Of a DNA stretch of 64,000 nucleotides, positions 1 through 13,000 are shown piece by piece. The DNA lies in assembly GCA_025594325.1 (NCBI GenBank), contig JANHCV010000014.1, forward strand, positions 1,116,001 to 1,180,000, in the 5' to 3' direction. The notes under the pieces are model-generated. The model saw only the letters and a list, made by a program, of their open reading frames with translations, did no database searches and was not told the DNA's origin. Made by a program: the position numbers and the translations under genes. Position 1 is the stretch's first letter, and every line of letters starts with the position of its first letter. This stretch comes from Blastocladiella emersonii ATCC 22665 (Eukaryota; Fungi; Blastocladiomycota).

Positions 1-1944
1 CCTGCACCACCCGCACATCCTGCCGCTGCTCGGCGTCTCGCTTACGTGCAACACGCCGTTCCTCGTGATGCCGCTCATGGAGGGCGGCGACCTGTCCAAA
101 TACGCCGCGGGCCGGCCGCGCGAGCACCTCCGGCTGCTGCACGAGACGGCGCAGGGCATGGCGTACCTGCACGGCGAGCGGATCCTGCACGGCGATCTCA
201 AGGCCAACAACGTGCTCGTCGACGGGTACGGCCGCGCCCAGGTGTGCGACTTTGGCCAGTCGCGCGCGCTCTCGCAGGCCAGCCGCGCGTCCACGTTCAA
301 GAGCGGGTCCGTCGGCAACGTGCGCTGGATGGCGCCCGAGCGGTACAAGCGCGGCGCCAAGTACGACTTACACCCGGACTTGTTTGCTTTCGCAATGCTT
401 GCGTACGAGGTGGTTGCGGGGAACATTCCGTTCCACGACGAGCACGATGTCGAAGTGGTCAAGGACTGGATCAAGGAGGGCGAGCGCCCGGACCCGCCGA
501 CGGACGCGGCCAGTTACTCGCCCGAGCTTTGGGCGCTGGTCGTCAAGTGCTGGGCGCACGATTGGACGACGCGGCCGACCTTTGCGGCCGTCGTGACCGA
601 GCTTAGTGTTCTGCGACCTCCTACTGCTTCTGCTTCTGATCTGCCCACTGTCACCGTCGTCAACCAGCTGACCGCTTTGAAGCTTTCTCCTGCCTCCTTG
701 TCGCCCTCGTCGTCGGTCGAACTGCCTGTCGCGGCATCCGCAGATGGTTTCGAGGTCCATTCCTACCACTCGCTCCTGTCGCTACTCGTCCAGACTCACA
801 CCACGTTTGACACGTTTTGTAGGGACTCGTCGTTCCGACCGAGCTCGACGGCGACCGCTTTATTTGGGAGCAGCGCCACAAGCTGGCCAGCGGCGCCCGG
901 TCCTCGCTCAACGTGACCGAGCTGGCCGTAGGCCCGTACGGCCTGGACGTCATCGAGCGCGTGCGCGACTTTCCGCAGCAGCGGATGACGGAGCTGATCC
1001 TGGACGGCTGCGCGCTGGGCCCGAACGACGCGCGCACGCTCGCCACCAGCTTCCCGCGGACGCTGCGCGTGCTGAACCTGAACAACAACCCGCTCGGCGA
1101 CCGCGGCGTCAAGGCGATCGCGTACACGCTGCCCGAGGGCTTGGCTGAGCTGTACTTGTTCAACACCCAGATCACGGACATTGGCGTGTACGAGATTGTG
1201 GCGATGCTGCCGCGCACCATGACCGCGCTGTCGCTCGCGTGCAACCAGATCTCGGACAACGGCGCGATCGCGATCGCCGCGCGGATGCCGAGCATGCTCG
1301 ACGAGCTGTACCTCGGCGGCAACCAGTTCACCGACGAGGGCGCGATCGTGCTCGCGCCGTCGCTGCCGCGCAACCTGGCCCGGCTCTCGCTCGAGGTCAA
1401 CCGGATCGGCTACGCGGGCGCGGTCGCGATCGCGGCCCGGATGCCGCCGTCGCTGCGCGAGCTATCGCTGTACACCAACCAGATCACGTCCGCGGGCGCC
1501 GAGGCGCTCGCGTTCCAGTTCCCGCCCACGCTGAGGAAACTCAACCTGTCCAACAATCCGCTCGGCGACGCGGGCGCCGTCGCGATCGCGGCCCGGATGC
1601 CGCGCATGCTGTGCGAGCTGTACCTCGGCGGGACTGGGATCACGGATAGGGGCGCCGGGTACCTCGGCACGGCGCTCCCGCCGACGCTCATGAACCTCGG
1701 GCTCGAGAACAACCAGATCGGCGACTCCGGCGCGGGCGCTATTGCCGGAAACTTTCCGATGGCGCTGCGCATGCTGTTCTTGTCGGACAACCAGATTGGC
1801 GACGCGGGCGCCGAGGAGATTGCAAGGTACTTGCCCCAGTCGCTCGCGTCGCTGTACCTGCACGGGAACAAGGTTGGGTTCACGGGCCGCCGGGCGCTCA
1901 AGACGGTGCGGCACTATGATCTGTTGACGCTTTTTGAGATGTGA
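1..1944 (+). CDS. TKL-type protein kinase fused to a C-terminal RI-like leucine-rich repeat domain (5' end outside window)
   Basis: Frame +2 is open from base 2 (LHHPHILPLLGV...HGDLKANN...CDFG...WMAPE). A phase-0 GT..AG intron at 755-822 joins it in frame to the 913..1944 ORF, which carries about 12 LRRs of 26 aa (LxxLxLxxNxIgDxGAxAIA). Confidence 0.85.
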
Positions 1945-2262
1945 GCGAGTGTTGAACTTTGCGACTGTGCGACGGGCGCGGTTGCGTTCGGTTTTTGAGG
2001 ACTTCTCGCTTCGCTTCAGTTTTGTTTACACATATCATAGACCGGGGCGTGCGCTCCCATCTCTCGCAGTTTCCGTCGTTCTGAAACAGAATGTTTAAGG
2101 AGCCGAGGGTCGCGTGGCGCAGCGCGTCCTTCAGCCACTCGCGTGGCATGACGACCAAGGCGTACGCTCATGAAGGCAGAAATAGGCGTGTATAAAACGT
2201 TTTACTCAGGCACGAGCGTTTGCAATGACGAGTGAATCTGTACAGTGTGCGCAACATCACCG

Positions 2263-3114
2263 TTACTTTTTGCCGCCAATGGACTTGTACCCCGTGTAGT
2301 GCTTGGACGTGTAGCGGTACTGGGACATGGCGCCGATGATGGCGAGGACGACGACACCCGCAGCCATGCCGTAGACGCCGGCGGTAGCCTCGGGCTTGAG
2401 TGTCGGGTGGCCCATGAACTCCTTGGCGGCGTCCGCGAAGCCCGTCTTGGCGAAGAGGTCGAGGCCGAGGAAGGTGACGTAGGACCCGCCAAAGGCGGTG
2501 CCGAGGCGGACGACGTGCGGCTCGACGAAGAAGACGGCGATGCCGCCGAGGATGGCGCAGATGGCGATGAAGACGGCCTGGACGGTCGACCCGGAGATGA
2601 GGCCGCCCGTCTTGAGGGTGAGGATGAAGAGGGCGAGCGTGTATCCGCCGAAGGCGCCGAGCGCGAACATGCCGAGCTTGTAGAAGAAGGTGAGCAGGAA
2701 CCCGCCGATGACGGCGGCCGCGATGCCGACGGCGAGGTAGACGAGCTGGCGGTTGCCGAAGCCGGCGGCGGGCTCGACGCGCTGCAGGACCGAGAAGGCG
2801 ACCAGGGCGAACAGGTACGCGCCGGCAATGAACATGCACACGCGGAACAGCTTGCCGCCGAAGAAGCACGCGAGCAGGCCCGTGGCGATGAACACGACGG
2901 CCAGGGCAATCTCGTCGGCGAGCAGCTTGTTGGCGGACGCCGAGACGGACGCCGCCGACGGCAGGCCGACGGGCGGGTCCGAGGCGGGGAGCGCGACGAC
3001 CGTCTGCGCGAACAGGCTGAGCAGCATGGCGACGTAGCACAGCGGCGCGAGCCAGTGCGCGACGGTGCGCCGGATGGAGGTGGCGGTGCAGTAACTTGTT
3101 GTTGGTGCGTTCAT
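2263..3114 (-). CDS. TMEM198/TM7S3-like (DUF4203) multi-pass membrane protein
   Basis: ATG at 3114, then a signal-like segment and about 7 Gly-rich hydrophobic helices (GLLACFFGGKLFR, AFGGSYVTFLGLD). Strong C/G third-position bias. TAA at 2263. Confidence 0.75.
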   Translation of the reverse strand: MNAPTTSYCTATSIRRTVAHWLAPLCYVAMLLSLFAQTVVALPASDPPVGLPSAASVSASANKLLADEIALAVVFIATGLLACFFGGKLFRVCMFIAGAYLFALVAFSVLQRVEPAAGFGNRQLVYLAVGIAAAVIGGFLLTFFYKLGMFALGAFGGYTLALFILTLKTGGLISGSTVQAVFIAICAILGGIAVFFVEPHVVRLGTAFGGSYVTFLGLDLFAKTGFADAAKEFMGHPTLKPEATAGVYGMAAGVVVLAIIGAMSQYRYTSKHYTGYKSIGGKK

Positions 3115-3920
3115 GGTGGGGTGTGTATAGCGTGAGAGTGCGATGGTGGGTGGGAGGGAGAGGGAGGCGCGGGGGCAAGGGCCCTTTTTGTAGGCGAGGC
3201 CTCGCCGGCGGTCGGCCCTCCTCGCAGCGCGCCAAGACCCGACCGTGGAAGCAGTCCCTCGCTGGTCGAACGTTGCAGCGGGAGCAAGCCACCGCTTCGA
3301 ACGACCGTCGAGAACAGCTATAATTACGCACCGTAGCAATATTGTACGAGCGTGAAGTGTGTCAGGAACGCCCTGGCTGACTCGCCTCGGTGGGCTCTCG
3401 CGCGCGGTGATCCCTGAGAGACGCGCGGCCATGGGGAGAGGAAGGTGTGGCGCAACGCGACCACGCGGGGACGGCATCCTTGGCCATCACCCCACGCTTG
3501 ACACTGAGGAGGTTGGGATCGGCGACGCGGCTGAGGGAAGCAGCCGACCAAGCTGTGAGCGCTCGAGGGTGCTGGATCAGCGTTGGAAGCGGATCCGCTG
3601 CAGCCAAGCTCGCTCGAGTCAGCCTGGCTGGATCCAAATGATTTCGAATCGTATTCTCTCACATCAGGATTATATAAAGCGTTATTTCGCGTTAGCGAGA
3701 GTCATCCAGAGAGGGGAAGACTACATCTAGATGAGTGCGTTGAGTCACATGACCCGTGTTACCGCCATTTACCATCGCTCGGCGCTGCGCCGGCGCGCGA
3801 CCGTGGCCGGCGGCGGGGGTGCCGCGGCCGTCGTCATGGCGGCGCCGAGCGCATCGCTGGCGGGGCACCTGCTGCACTGCGCCCATCGCACTGCCACGTA
3901 ACATCTGAACAGCCGTCGCC

Positions 3921-4483
3921 ATGATCGCCTCGACGATGCTGCGCCGCCTGGCCCACACCTCGGCCGCCGTGGCGCCCTCGGCCGCCGCCGCCTCGTCCTC
4001 CTCGACCCCGACCGCCGCGGCCGCCGCTGCGCCGCTGGCCGCCGGCGAGTACAAGGAGTCGGACGCGACCCACCTCGCCGTCTTCTCGCGCGCGTCCGCC
4101 GACCAGGCCGACGCGCGGGCCCGCGCGCTGTCGCTGTACCGCAAGTGGCTGCGCAGCGTATGTTGACTCTTGCTTGGGCGAGTGTGGTGAGTGGGGTAAC
4201 CAACCAAGAGAATGTGTAGGCCGACGAGATTGTTGCGCTGTACTACCTCGACGTGCCGGCGTCGGCGGTGCGGCAGCGCGTGCGCGAGGAGTTTGAGAAG
4301 AACCGGTTCGTGACGGACCTCGGCACCCTCGACATTGTGCTGTGGAAGGGCCAGCTCGAGCTGCAGGAGACCATCAACCTGTGGAAGCAGAAGACCCACA
4401 TCATGCGCTACTTTGAGCCCGCCGAGTTTGGCGACGCCAAGAACGCCCCCTTCATGGACCGCTTCCTCCAGGGCCGCCACTAA
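3921..4483 (+). CDS. NDUFA6: NADH:ubiquinone oxidoreductase subunit B14 (LYR family)
   Basis: Exons 3921-4157 and 4220-4483. Motifs ALSLYRKWLRS, VRQRVREEFEKNRFVTDL and LQETINLWKQKTHIMRYF are typical of NDUFA6. Confidence 0.9.
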
Positions 4484-4821
4484 GTCGCTGCCGTCCCCGT
4501 TGTCGCCGATGGTCGCTACCCTCCCTCCCTCTGTATTCACCCTACTCTGTCAGTTCAGTCTTCCCCATCCCTCCCCCGTTGGTCGCTCATATAGCAAGTA
4601 ATGATGACGCTTTCCGATATCTCGCGCGAACGAGGCGTCCATTTGGATCGGCAAATGTGCAGCGCCGCGTCCTGCCAGTCAGCGGGCGAGGCAGCGGGAG
4701 TCGGGGCAGGGGATCGCGCGCCGCGGAAATCGCCGGGACGCGTGTGCCCGCCCGCCGCCTCAACACGGCCCTCGCCCCACCGCTCCTCCTCTCTCCACAC
4801 TCCTTAGACACTACATTGTTC

Positions 4822-6298
4822 ATGCGACGCATCAACACCATGTTCACAACCACCCGCATCGCCTCGGCGGTGCTGCGCCGCCACGCGGCGTCGGCCGCTG
4901 TCGTCCCCGCGCGCCTGCTCGCGACGACCACGCCGACCGAGCCCGCGACCCCGGCGAGTAAGCCGCGCACGGCCAAGTTTGCCGAGATGCTCAAGCAGGG
5001 CCCGTCGTTTGCCGACTTTGTCACGGGCGGCAGCGACCCGAGCAAGCTCACCCTCGAGGAGGCTCTCGAGCTCGGCACCCCCGAGCAGCCCGCCGCGGGT
5101 CAGAAGCTGACGCCCGCGCAGCTGCGCAAGAAGAAGCAGTGCGTTCATCCATCTTGGACACAGCTCCGCGCTTCGCTCACCCCCGCTATCCGCGTAGCGT
5201 GCGTCTGCCCGAGTGGCTCAAGACCGACATTCCCGTCGGCACCGACTTCCAGCGGATCAAAAAGGATCTGCGCGGGCTCAAGCTGCACACGGTGTGCGAG
5301 GAGGCCAAGTGCCCGAACATTGGCGAGTGCTGGGGCGGCAACGAGACGGGCACGGCCACGGCCACCATCATGCTCATGGGCGACGAGTGCACGCGCGGGT
5401 GCCGGTTCTGCGCCGTCAAGACCAACCGCGCGCCCAAGCCGCTCGACCCCAACGAGCCCGAGAACACGGCCGAGGCCATCTCGCGATGGGGGCTCGACTA
5501 CGTCGTGCTGACGTCGGTCGACCGCGACGGTACTTACTCTCACTGCTCAACGTGCGACTCGGGATACTAACTCGACACACCGTAGACGTGTCGGACGGCG
5601 GCGCGTCGCACTTTGCGCAGACGGTGCAGCTGATCAAGCAAAAGAACCCCAAGATCCTGGTCGAGTGCCTGACGGGCGACTACATGGGCGACCTGACGGC
5701 CGTCGAGGTGGTGGCCAAGTCCGGGCTCGACGTGTACGCGCACAACATTGAGACGGTCGAGGCCATGACGCCGTTTGTGCGCGACCGCCGCGCCGGGTAC
5801 CGCCAGTCACTCGCGGTGCTCAAGCGCGCCAAGGACACGGTGCCCACGCTGCTCACCAAGTCGTCCATCATGCTCGGGTGCGGCGAAAAGGACGAGGAGG
5901 TGCTGCAGGCGCTCAAGGGTGCGTTACTCTGCGTGTGCGCGTGCGACGCAGTTCACTCACTCTCGGCGGATGTAGACCTCCGCGCGCACAACGTCGACGT
6001 GGTCACGCTCGGCCAGTACATGCGGCCCACGACCAAGCACATGAAGGTGTCCGAGTACGTGACGCCGGCCAAGTTCAAGCACTGGGAGGACACGGCCAAG
6101 GAGCTCGGGTTCGTCTACGTGGCCAGCGGGCCGCTCGTCCGCTCCAGCTACAAGGCCGCCGAGTACTACATTATGAACAAGCTGCGCCCCGAGAAGGCCG
6201 CTGAGGCCGCTGCGGCTGCGGCGGCGGGGTCGGCGATCCCGAACGTGGTCGAGGTCGGGTCGCCAGCGCCAGGAGCGGCGCAGGCTACCAGCGCGTGA
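4822..6298 (+). CDS. LIP5: Mitochondrial lipoyl synthase (radical SAM)
   Basis: [20 protein letters not shown] and CTRGCRFC iron-sulfur motifs, [17 protein letters not shown]. Introns 5139-5197, 5530-5585 and 5919-5975 restore the frame. N-terminal presequence-like segment. Confidence 0.95.
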
Positions 6299-6587
6299 GC
6301 CGTGTAAAGATGTGTCCCGTCGTCGATTATATAGTACCCATCCATTTGTTGTAAATCTTCCTGACTTGGCGCGATGAATGAAGGCGGGCGTGACGTCCAG
6401 TGGCCGAGTGAGTCGCGGTCGCGTTTCGTCTGCAGCGACGCGTTGGAGCCGCTGCGCTGGCCGCTGCCCTCTCCTCTCTCCCTCATCCTAACACCATATC
6501 CCGCTGGCGGGCCCATGTATCTACCGTAACCCATTGCAACGCATCGACCATCCAACGACCTCCCCGTGCCACACGCTCGCCGCCGCA

Positions 6588-7966
6588 ATGGTCCTCATCA
6601 CGCTCGCGACGCGGAGCCTCGTGCACGGCGCGGGCCTGCTGCTGCCAGCGTACCGCGCCTTCAAGCGGTTCCGCACCGAGCACGCCGCCACCCACACCCA
6701 CCATCCGCTCGACGCGGGCAGCGACCTGGGCCCGTGGTGGGTCGCGACCGTGCAGCACTTTTCGGTCATGGCCGTGTTCGTGTCGGTCGAGTGGTACGCC
6801 GACTGGGCCCTCTTCTGGTGGGTCCCCTTCTACTACGAGCTCAAGCTGCTCGCCGTGCTGTGGCTCGTCCTGCCGCACACGCGCGGGTCCGTCGCCCTCT
6901 ACCGCAGCGTCCTCGCGCCCTTCCTCGTCGAGCACGAGCGCGATATCGACCGCAACCTCGAGCTCGCCCACCGCGCGGTCCGCACGCGCGCGGCAAAGTA
7001 CCTCGTCGCGCTGTTCCAGTCAGTGCGTGCCGCCGTGATGCGCGCGCTCGCCTCGGTACGCGTGCATTCATCGGACGGCTCGTGTGGGATCGCTCACCAC
7101 TTGCCTCTGTGTGATAGGTCCTCGGCCTCAATCTTGGCGGTGCCAATGCTGCCGCAGCAGCACCACCAGCGGGCGACCCCGCCGCCGTCGTCGCAACCGA
7201 GACGACAACCGCCGCCGCCGCCAACTACGTCGCGTACGGCGTCATCTCGTCGCTCCTCGGCCAGGCCACGCGGTCCGCCACCGCCTACATGGATACGACC
7301 GTGACGACCACCACCACCACGGCGTTCACGTCCGAGTCGCGGTTCGAGGAGCTCCCGCCCGATGCCGATACCACGCCGCGGCACCACCCGCACAACGTCG
7401 CCCCCGACCCATCCACGCCCGTCGCACCGCCTCACCGCCGCCGCGGCACCTCGGACCCCGGCGACTTCCCCGCCAGCGCGTCGCCCAACGCCAACCTCAT
7501 GGCCTCGACGCTCATCGACCCACCTCGCTCCCCGTCGCCCGCGGTCCGCGACATCCTCGCTGCGCGCCGCCGCATCACCGTGTCGAGCCCGACCCCGCCC
7601 GCCGAAGATCTGGCCGTGGCCGGCGGGTGGAGCACGAGCTTGGCGTCGCTCGTGGGACTTGGGGGGCCGAAACGCACCCCGTCTGGCTCGTCGGTTGTCG
7701 AGGGTAACGCGCCGCCGCAGTCCCCGAGCCCAAGCGGTGTCGACGACACGCCGCGGCCGCCCGCGCACCCGCCGGTCGCGGGGAACCCGCGGAACCGGCG
7801 CCCGGTGCCCGCACCGACTCCCGTCAAGGGTGCCGAGGTCGACGAGCTCGTCACGTCGTCGCTGTCGTTCGAGGAGTACAACCTGATCGACGCTGCGGCG
7901 GCGGGGGCGCCCGCGGGAAGTGACGGCGATGGGGGCCGGCGCGGTAAGAAGGTCAAGAAGTCGTAG
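6588..7966 (+). CDS. REEP/TB2-DP1/HVA22 family ER-shaping protein with long Pro/Ser/Thr-rich tail
   Basis: LLLPAYRAFK and WVPFYYELKLLAVLWLVLPHTRGS...YRSVLAPFLVEHERDID signature. Intron 7056-7117 joins in frame to the 7289..7966 ORF. Confidence 0.85.
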
Positions 7967-8091
7967 TAGTAGTCGTCCGCGAGGTATCCCAAATATTCAC
8001 ATTTATATTATGGCTGCTGCGTGCAATGTATGGTGAAGACAGGATGAATGAATGCAAAGTGACACAAAACTGTGGAGCTGCGCTCCTTGAT

Positions 8092-9375
8092 CTACCGGTT
8101 GGCCTTGAACACGAGCGCGGCCAGCGCGATCCACGCGAACCCGGCGAGGTACGCGGTCGCGACCGCCGTGCGTGCCTGGGTGCAGATACTCCCGGCCATC
8201 TTGATCCCCGTCTCCGAAACCCCCACGAGGTCCGCGTCGCCGAGACACGCGATCGAGTACATGTCCGTGTAGTACCCGGTGACCTTATCTTTCCCCTTGG
8301 TCCACGCCATGGACGCGGCGACCACGAGCGCGAGCCCGAGCGCGCCGCCCACCAGCACCTGGATCAGCGCAAACGTCGACTCGCTCATCGCCATGCGCAT
8401 CTTGCCGCGCTTGAAAATCGCGGACGCCGTCGCTGCCGCCGCGAGCACGCTCAGCCCCGCCAGCCACATGACGGGCGACAGCGCAGATGTCGGCACCAGG
8501 TACGCATTGAAGACCGGGAAGTTGGCCACGAACGTCGCGTCCGTCCACGCGTTCCGCGCCGCGAAACTCGTGTAAGCGCCCAGCACGCTCAGCGCGCACG
8601 CCAGTGCCGCCAGACCGAACCGCTGGTTCATCCAGTGCTTCGAGTTGTCGTCGGCCGCTGCCGCAGCGGGGTCCGTGTGGAACGACGCCGCCGTCGCCGT
8701 CAGGTGTGTCGTCGACGCGCCGCCGAGAGTTCCGGACGAGGCGGAGGCGGGTAGTACGGCGGGCGCCTTGTGCTCGAGCGTCGCGGCGGGTGCAGGGGCG
8801 GGCGCGGGAGCGACAGTGGCGGGTGGGCGCGACGAGGACTCGGCGACGAACGGGCGCAGCGTCGCCTGCTGCGGCTGCGGTTGAGGGGCGGGCGCAGGCG
8901 GCGCCTGGTGCGACAGCGTTGGCGGGGCATGGAACTGCTGCTGTTGCTGCTGCTGCTGGTGGTGGCGCAGCGTCGGCGGGCCAGGCGGTGGCGGCGGCGC
9001 GTGCGACCCGTCGTCGTAGACGGTCTCGACGAGGTACTCGTTGGCCGACGAGCCGCCGGCGCCCGGGCGCTTCGAGAACGGGATGATGACCACGTCAGGT
9101 TCGACGGTCGAGGCATGCGCCGAGTACATCTGCGGCTGCTGCGGCGGCGCCGGCTGGTAGTACATCTGCTGCTGCTGCTGAGGGACAGGGTACGGCCCGC
9201 CGGGACCCTGCGGCATCGCCTGCATCGGCTGCTGCTGCTGCTGATAGTACATGAACTGTTGCGGCTGCTGCGGCTGCATCGGCTGCTGCTGCTGGTAATA
9301 CATGGCCTGCTGGAGAGGAGGCGGCCCGCCGCCACCGCCGCCGGTTGGGTTGGATGGGACGTGCTGCTGCGCCAT
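8092..9375 (-). CDS. Gln/Pro-rich N-terminus plus four predicted TM helices (MARVEL-like topology), function unknown
   Basis: Single 427-aa ORF with coding-like codon bias, polyQ tracts (MYYQQQQ) and four hydrophobic segments at the C-terminus. Confidence 0.65.
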   Translation of the reverse strand: MAQQHVPSNPTGGGGGGPPPLQQAMYYQQQQPMQPQQPQQFMYYQQQQQPMQAMPQGPGGPYPVPQQQQQMYYQPAPPQQPQMYSAHASTVEPDVVIIPFSKRPGAGGSSANEYLVETVYDDGSHAPPPPPGPPTLRHHQQQQQQQQFHAPPTLSHQAPPAPAPQPQPQQATLRPFVAESSSRPPATVAPAPAPAPAATLEHKAPAVLPASASSGTLGGASTTHLTATAASFHTDPAAAAADDNSKHWMNQRFGLAALACALSVLGAYTSFAARNAWTDATFVANFPVFNAYLVPTSALSPVMWLAGLSVLAAAATASAIFKRGKMRMAMSESTFALIQVLVGGALGLALVVAASMAWTKGKDKVTGYYTDMYSIACLGDADLVGVSETGIKMAGSICTQARTAVATAYLAGFAWIALAALVFKANR

Positions 9376-10091
9376 GGCCGGGAAGTGGGTTTACAGGATA
9401 GTGCGTGGAGTGGTTCCCGCGGGCAGGCAGGCAGCGTCTCGGTTAGCAGCAATTCATCGACGGGGGAGCGGAAGCGGAGGGGACGGCGCAGGGCGGCGAT
9501 GGGGCGAAGGCGAGGAACAAGCGCCACACTCAAATTGTGGCGCGTCTCACGTCACATGATATCGCAACGCGTCGAGCCGAGACGCGATCACGGCGCCATC
9601 ACGGCGCCATCACGGCCGGAGAACGGGTCTGATCGAGAATGGAGAGCTGCCCACATCGCGCATCAATAGCGACGAGACTCGGTGGCATCGCAAATAACGA
9701 ACGGCCGGAAGCCCGGGTCGACGCGTATTGTGAGAGGGAAGCGGGACATGCGGGACAAGTCGGAGCAATCCATGCAAGATACACGTGGGCGTGATAAACC
9801 AAACGGCAGCGACCACGGCGACGCCGGCTGGCCCGCGTGGGCTCGGGTCCGCGTGATCAGCCGCCGAGCAAACGAAGTGCACGATGCACTCGGACAGCCA
9901 GCTGACACCGCGGGCGAGGGCGTCGCCCTGGGCGTCGCCCGCTTTCGCCTCTTCGTCTCTTCGCCCTCCACCCTCTCTCTCCCCGCTCCCCCCGCCGTTG
10001 CGCTGCCGACGATCAACACCGCCCGCCTCTTGGACACCTGCTTCGCTTCTACTTCGCGCAACTTGCTTCGCCTCCTGCTTGGCCACCGACC

Positions 10092-13000
10092 ATGACCTCG
10101 CAAGCGGTCGAAGGACCCGCTTCCAGCGACGCCCCCGGGCGGATCTGGAAGAAGCTGACCAAGCCCTTCAAGTCCGCCAAACAGCGCATCAAGCACAATC
10201 TTCTTGCCGCCGCCGCTCGCCAGTCGGCGGGCCCTACGCTTGCCCTTCCGCCCGCGCCTTCGCCTCCTGCCCTTCCGCCCAAGACTTTGCCTCGTTCTGC
10301 CCTTCCGCCCGCTGCCGGACCTTCGGCTGCCCTTCCGCCCGCTGCTGGACCTTCGGCTGCTCTTCAGCCCGCTGCTGCACCTTCGGCTGCCCTTCAGCCC
10401 GCTGCTGCACCTGTGCAGGAGGACTCGATTGCCCAGGCGCAGGAGCCAGCCACCCCGACGGAGACCTCGAACAAGCTCGTCGACGACGATGTGGGCCCCA
10501 TTCCTGATCGCGACGACTCTGGAAAGACTGCTCCCAACGCTATCGACCGTGCCTCTAACTTTTTGGATGGTGCTCAAGCTGCGACCAAGTTTTTGGCCAT
10601 GGTTGGCAAGGACATCCCCGTCGCTGGCGCGCTTCTCGCCTGTGTTGATGTGCGTCGACTCGTTCCAATATGCTATTGCTGCTTGACCACTAACCGAACG
10701 TAAAAAATCCACCAGGCAATGGTTGAAGTCGAATGCAAAGCCGGGGATAATGCAGCCGCCATCGAGCAGCTTCGGGACAACGCCATCTTCGCGTTTGACT
10801 TAGCGAAACAGTCCAACGTCACTGACATGTGGTCGGGCGAGAAAATTCTCGCCGAGATGGTCCTGACGCCGCTCTTCTCCGTCATCAAGTCCTGCTTCAC
10901 GCTCATTTCCCATCAGCGCTCAATGACCTGGATCCAACGCCGTGCCCAGGCCTTTGACAATTGCAAGAAAATCAATGAACTGGACAAATCGCTTCAGGAC
11001 TTGCTCGAACGACTTTCGACCTTCATTTCCATCACTCCGCCTGTTCGCAAGCCCATTGACGCCAAGCCGACTCCGGAGGCGAAAAAGTTTTACAAAGAGC
11101 TTTGCGACCACGGTGGCGTCAAGGGCCTAGTCAATGAAAACCCCGAGGCGTTGGAGTGTGTGCAGCGCCTGGCCGGCGATGAGGGGATTGACTTCAACAA
11201 GCAAATGATTGACGACCTCCGCACCGACTTCAACACCGCTTTCGACCGACTTGAGCGCGGCTTCGACATCGTCCTCTCCAAGATCACCGAGCAGGGCAAG
11301 TCCATTGACGAGGCCAAGGCAATGCTGGTTTCTCTTGCCGAGCGTGGTTCCATGTTTACTTCAATCAAGTGCAACGCCATCCGGAAACTCTGGGCTCGAG
11401 CTGGGTGGGGCGCGCGTGCCAAGGTTCGGGACTTTGCTGACGTCCTTGTCGACCACCTACGCGACGAGCTTGACGCGATGCTGCCCGATCCCGACCCAGT
11501 TTTGAAGGCCGATCTCAACCGCCGCATCGCCCATTTTTCTACGTTCCTTTACGGCCTTGACGAGGATCAGGTACGGCGCTGGACGCGGATAGCCTTGCGC
11601 GCCCCATGTTCTAACATTCGACTGCGATAGACCAACACCATCTCGCCAAAGGAAGTCAACTCGTTGTTTGTGGTCGAAGACTGGCCGGTTCTTGACTACT
11701 TCCGCCTCGTCTCGTTTTTCGCTCCGTACACTGAGCACGCCTTGTACGCGCCCGCATGATCTTTCAGAATCCGACCCACCGGCACTAACACATATCCCTC
11801 GCTAGGCTTCACTCGGTCTCGAACTGTATGGGAAATATCCTCAAATCCAGGGTCTTGATCAAACCGACGGGTGAGCTTCGTGTGCTTTTCGTTCAGCTCA
11901 AACAAATTCTTTTCCTCTTGAACCGCGTCGCAAAGCAACAGGCCTGCACACACTCAAACAGCTACGTCGGTTCTGCAGTCGCAGAGGACGCGGATCCTGC
12001 TGTGGGTTCCAAGGCGTTCGAGTGCTCCCCGACTATTCCGCACCGTTTATTCGAGCTGAACATGTTTTCGGACAAGGTTAGCCGCGAACTCAAGTCGTGG
12101 CACTGGAAGGACACCATTCGGTACTTGCAGCCGCGGTTTCGCTCCTTGCACCAGGTCCTTAGTGCGGCTAAGGAGCTTCTCGACACCATTGAACTTTCGC
12201 GTTGTGGCTGGTCGGTGCTTGGCAAAACGCTGCATGAGTTTTATCGCTTTGTTCACGAATGGACTCCAGAGCACTCGTTGGCCCTCCGCGATCTTGTTGA
12301 TGCAGCTTCCGTTTGGTACGGGGATGGAAAGCTCCTTGACGATTCAGACGCGAACGTCTACACCTCCACCCGTGTACGACCTTTTCCGAACACGGCGTGG
12401 CAGCCGCACATTGGCGCAAAGATTCCAGCCCGCGCCGTGGTCGCTGGAATTGTTGGCGATCAACTCTACTACTTTGCTCGGACTGGTGACGGGGCTCCAG
12501 CGATTGTTGCTGCATCAACTGGCCCTCTGAAGCCGTTTCCTTTGCGCGACGGTTCCAAGTGCGATGAGCTCTCATTTGAGTGGCTCGTTTATGTACGTTT
12601 GCTTTTAATTGTTGGCGCTTGACCATTTCGTTCGGGTTCGTTGACCCTGCAGTTGTAGGCCGACCTTCCAAAACCTACCAGATCCGCCGAGTCTCCCGCC
12701 AACCCGACCGCCGACCTTTCTTCCCCCCTAGACCACCCAGGACCCCACATTATCTGGTGGAGTTCGTGGAAACTCGACGTTCCGCCGCCGCCTTCCGCGG
12801 CTCAGGTACGGGGCGCCCTGTGGCATACGATGAACAAATCATTCACTGACATACCTGGCTTCGAAACTTGCACAGATTGGCAGTTTGACGGCGCGTAGCG
12901 GTGGTACTTTCTTTGCTCGGTACCGCCGGGGCATCAACGCATTTCCTGGCGTAGCTTACGTTCGGAACGGCACGGTTCACTTCACATCGCGCAGCTTTGA

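Noticed and set aside
9587-9616. ATCACGGCGCC repeated about 2.7 times in an intergenic region
   Set aside because: It is a very short tandem duplication with no evidence of function.
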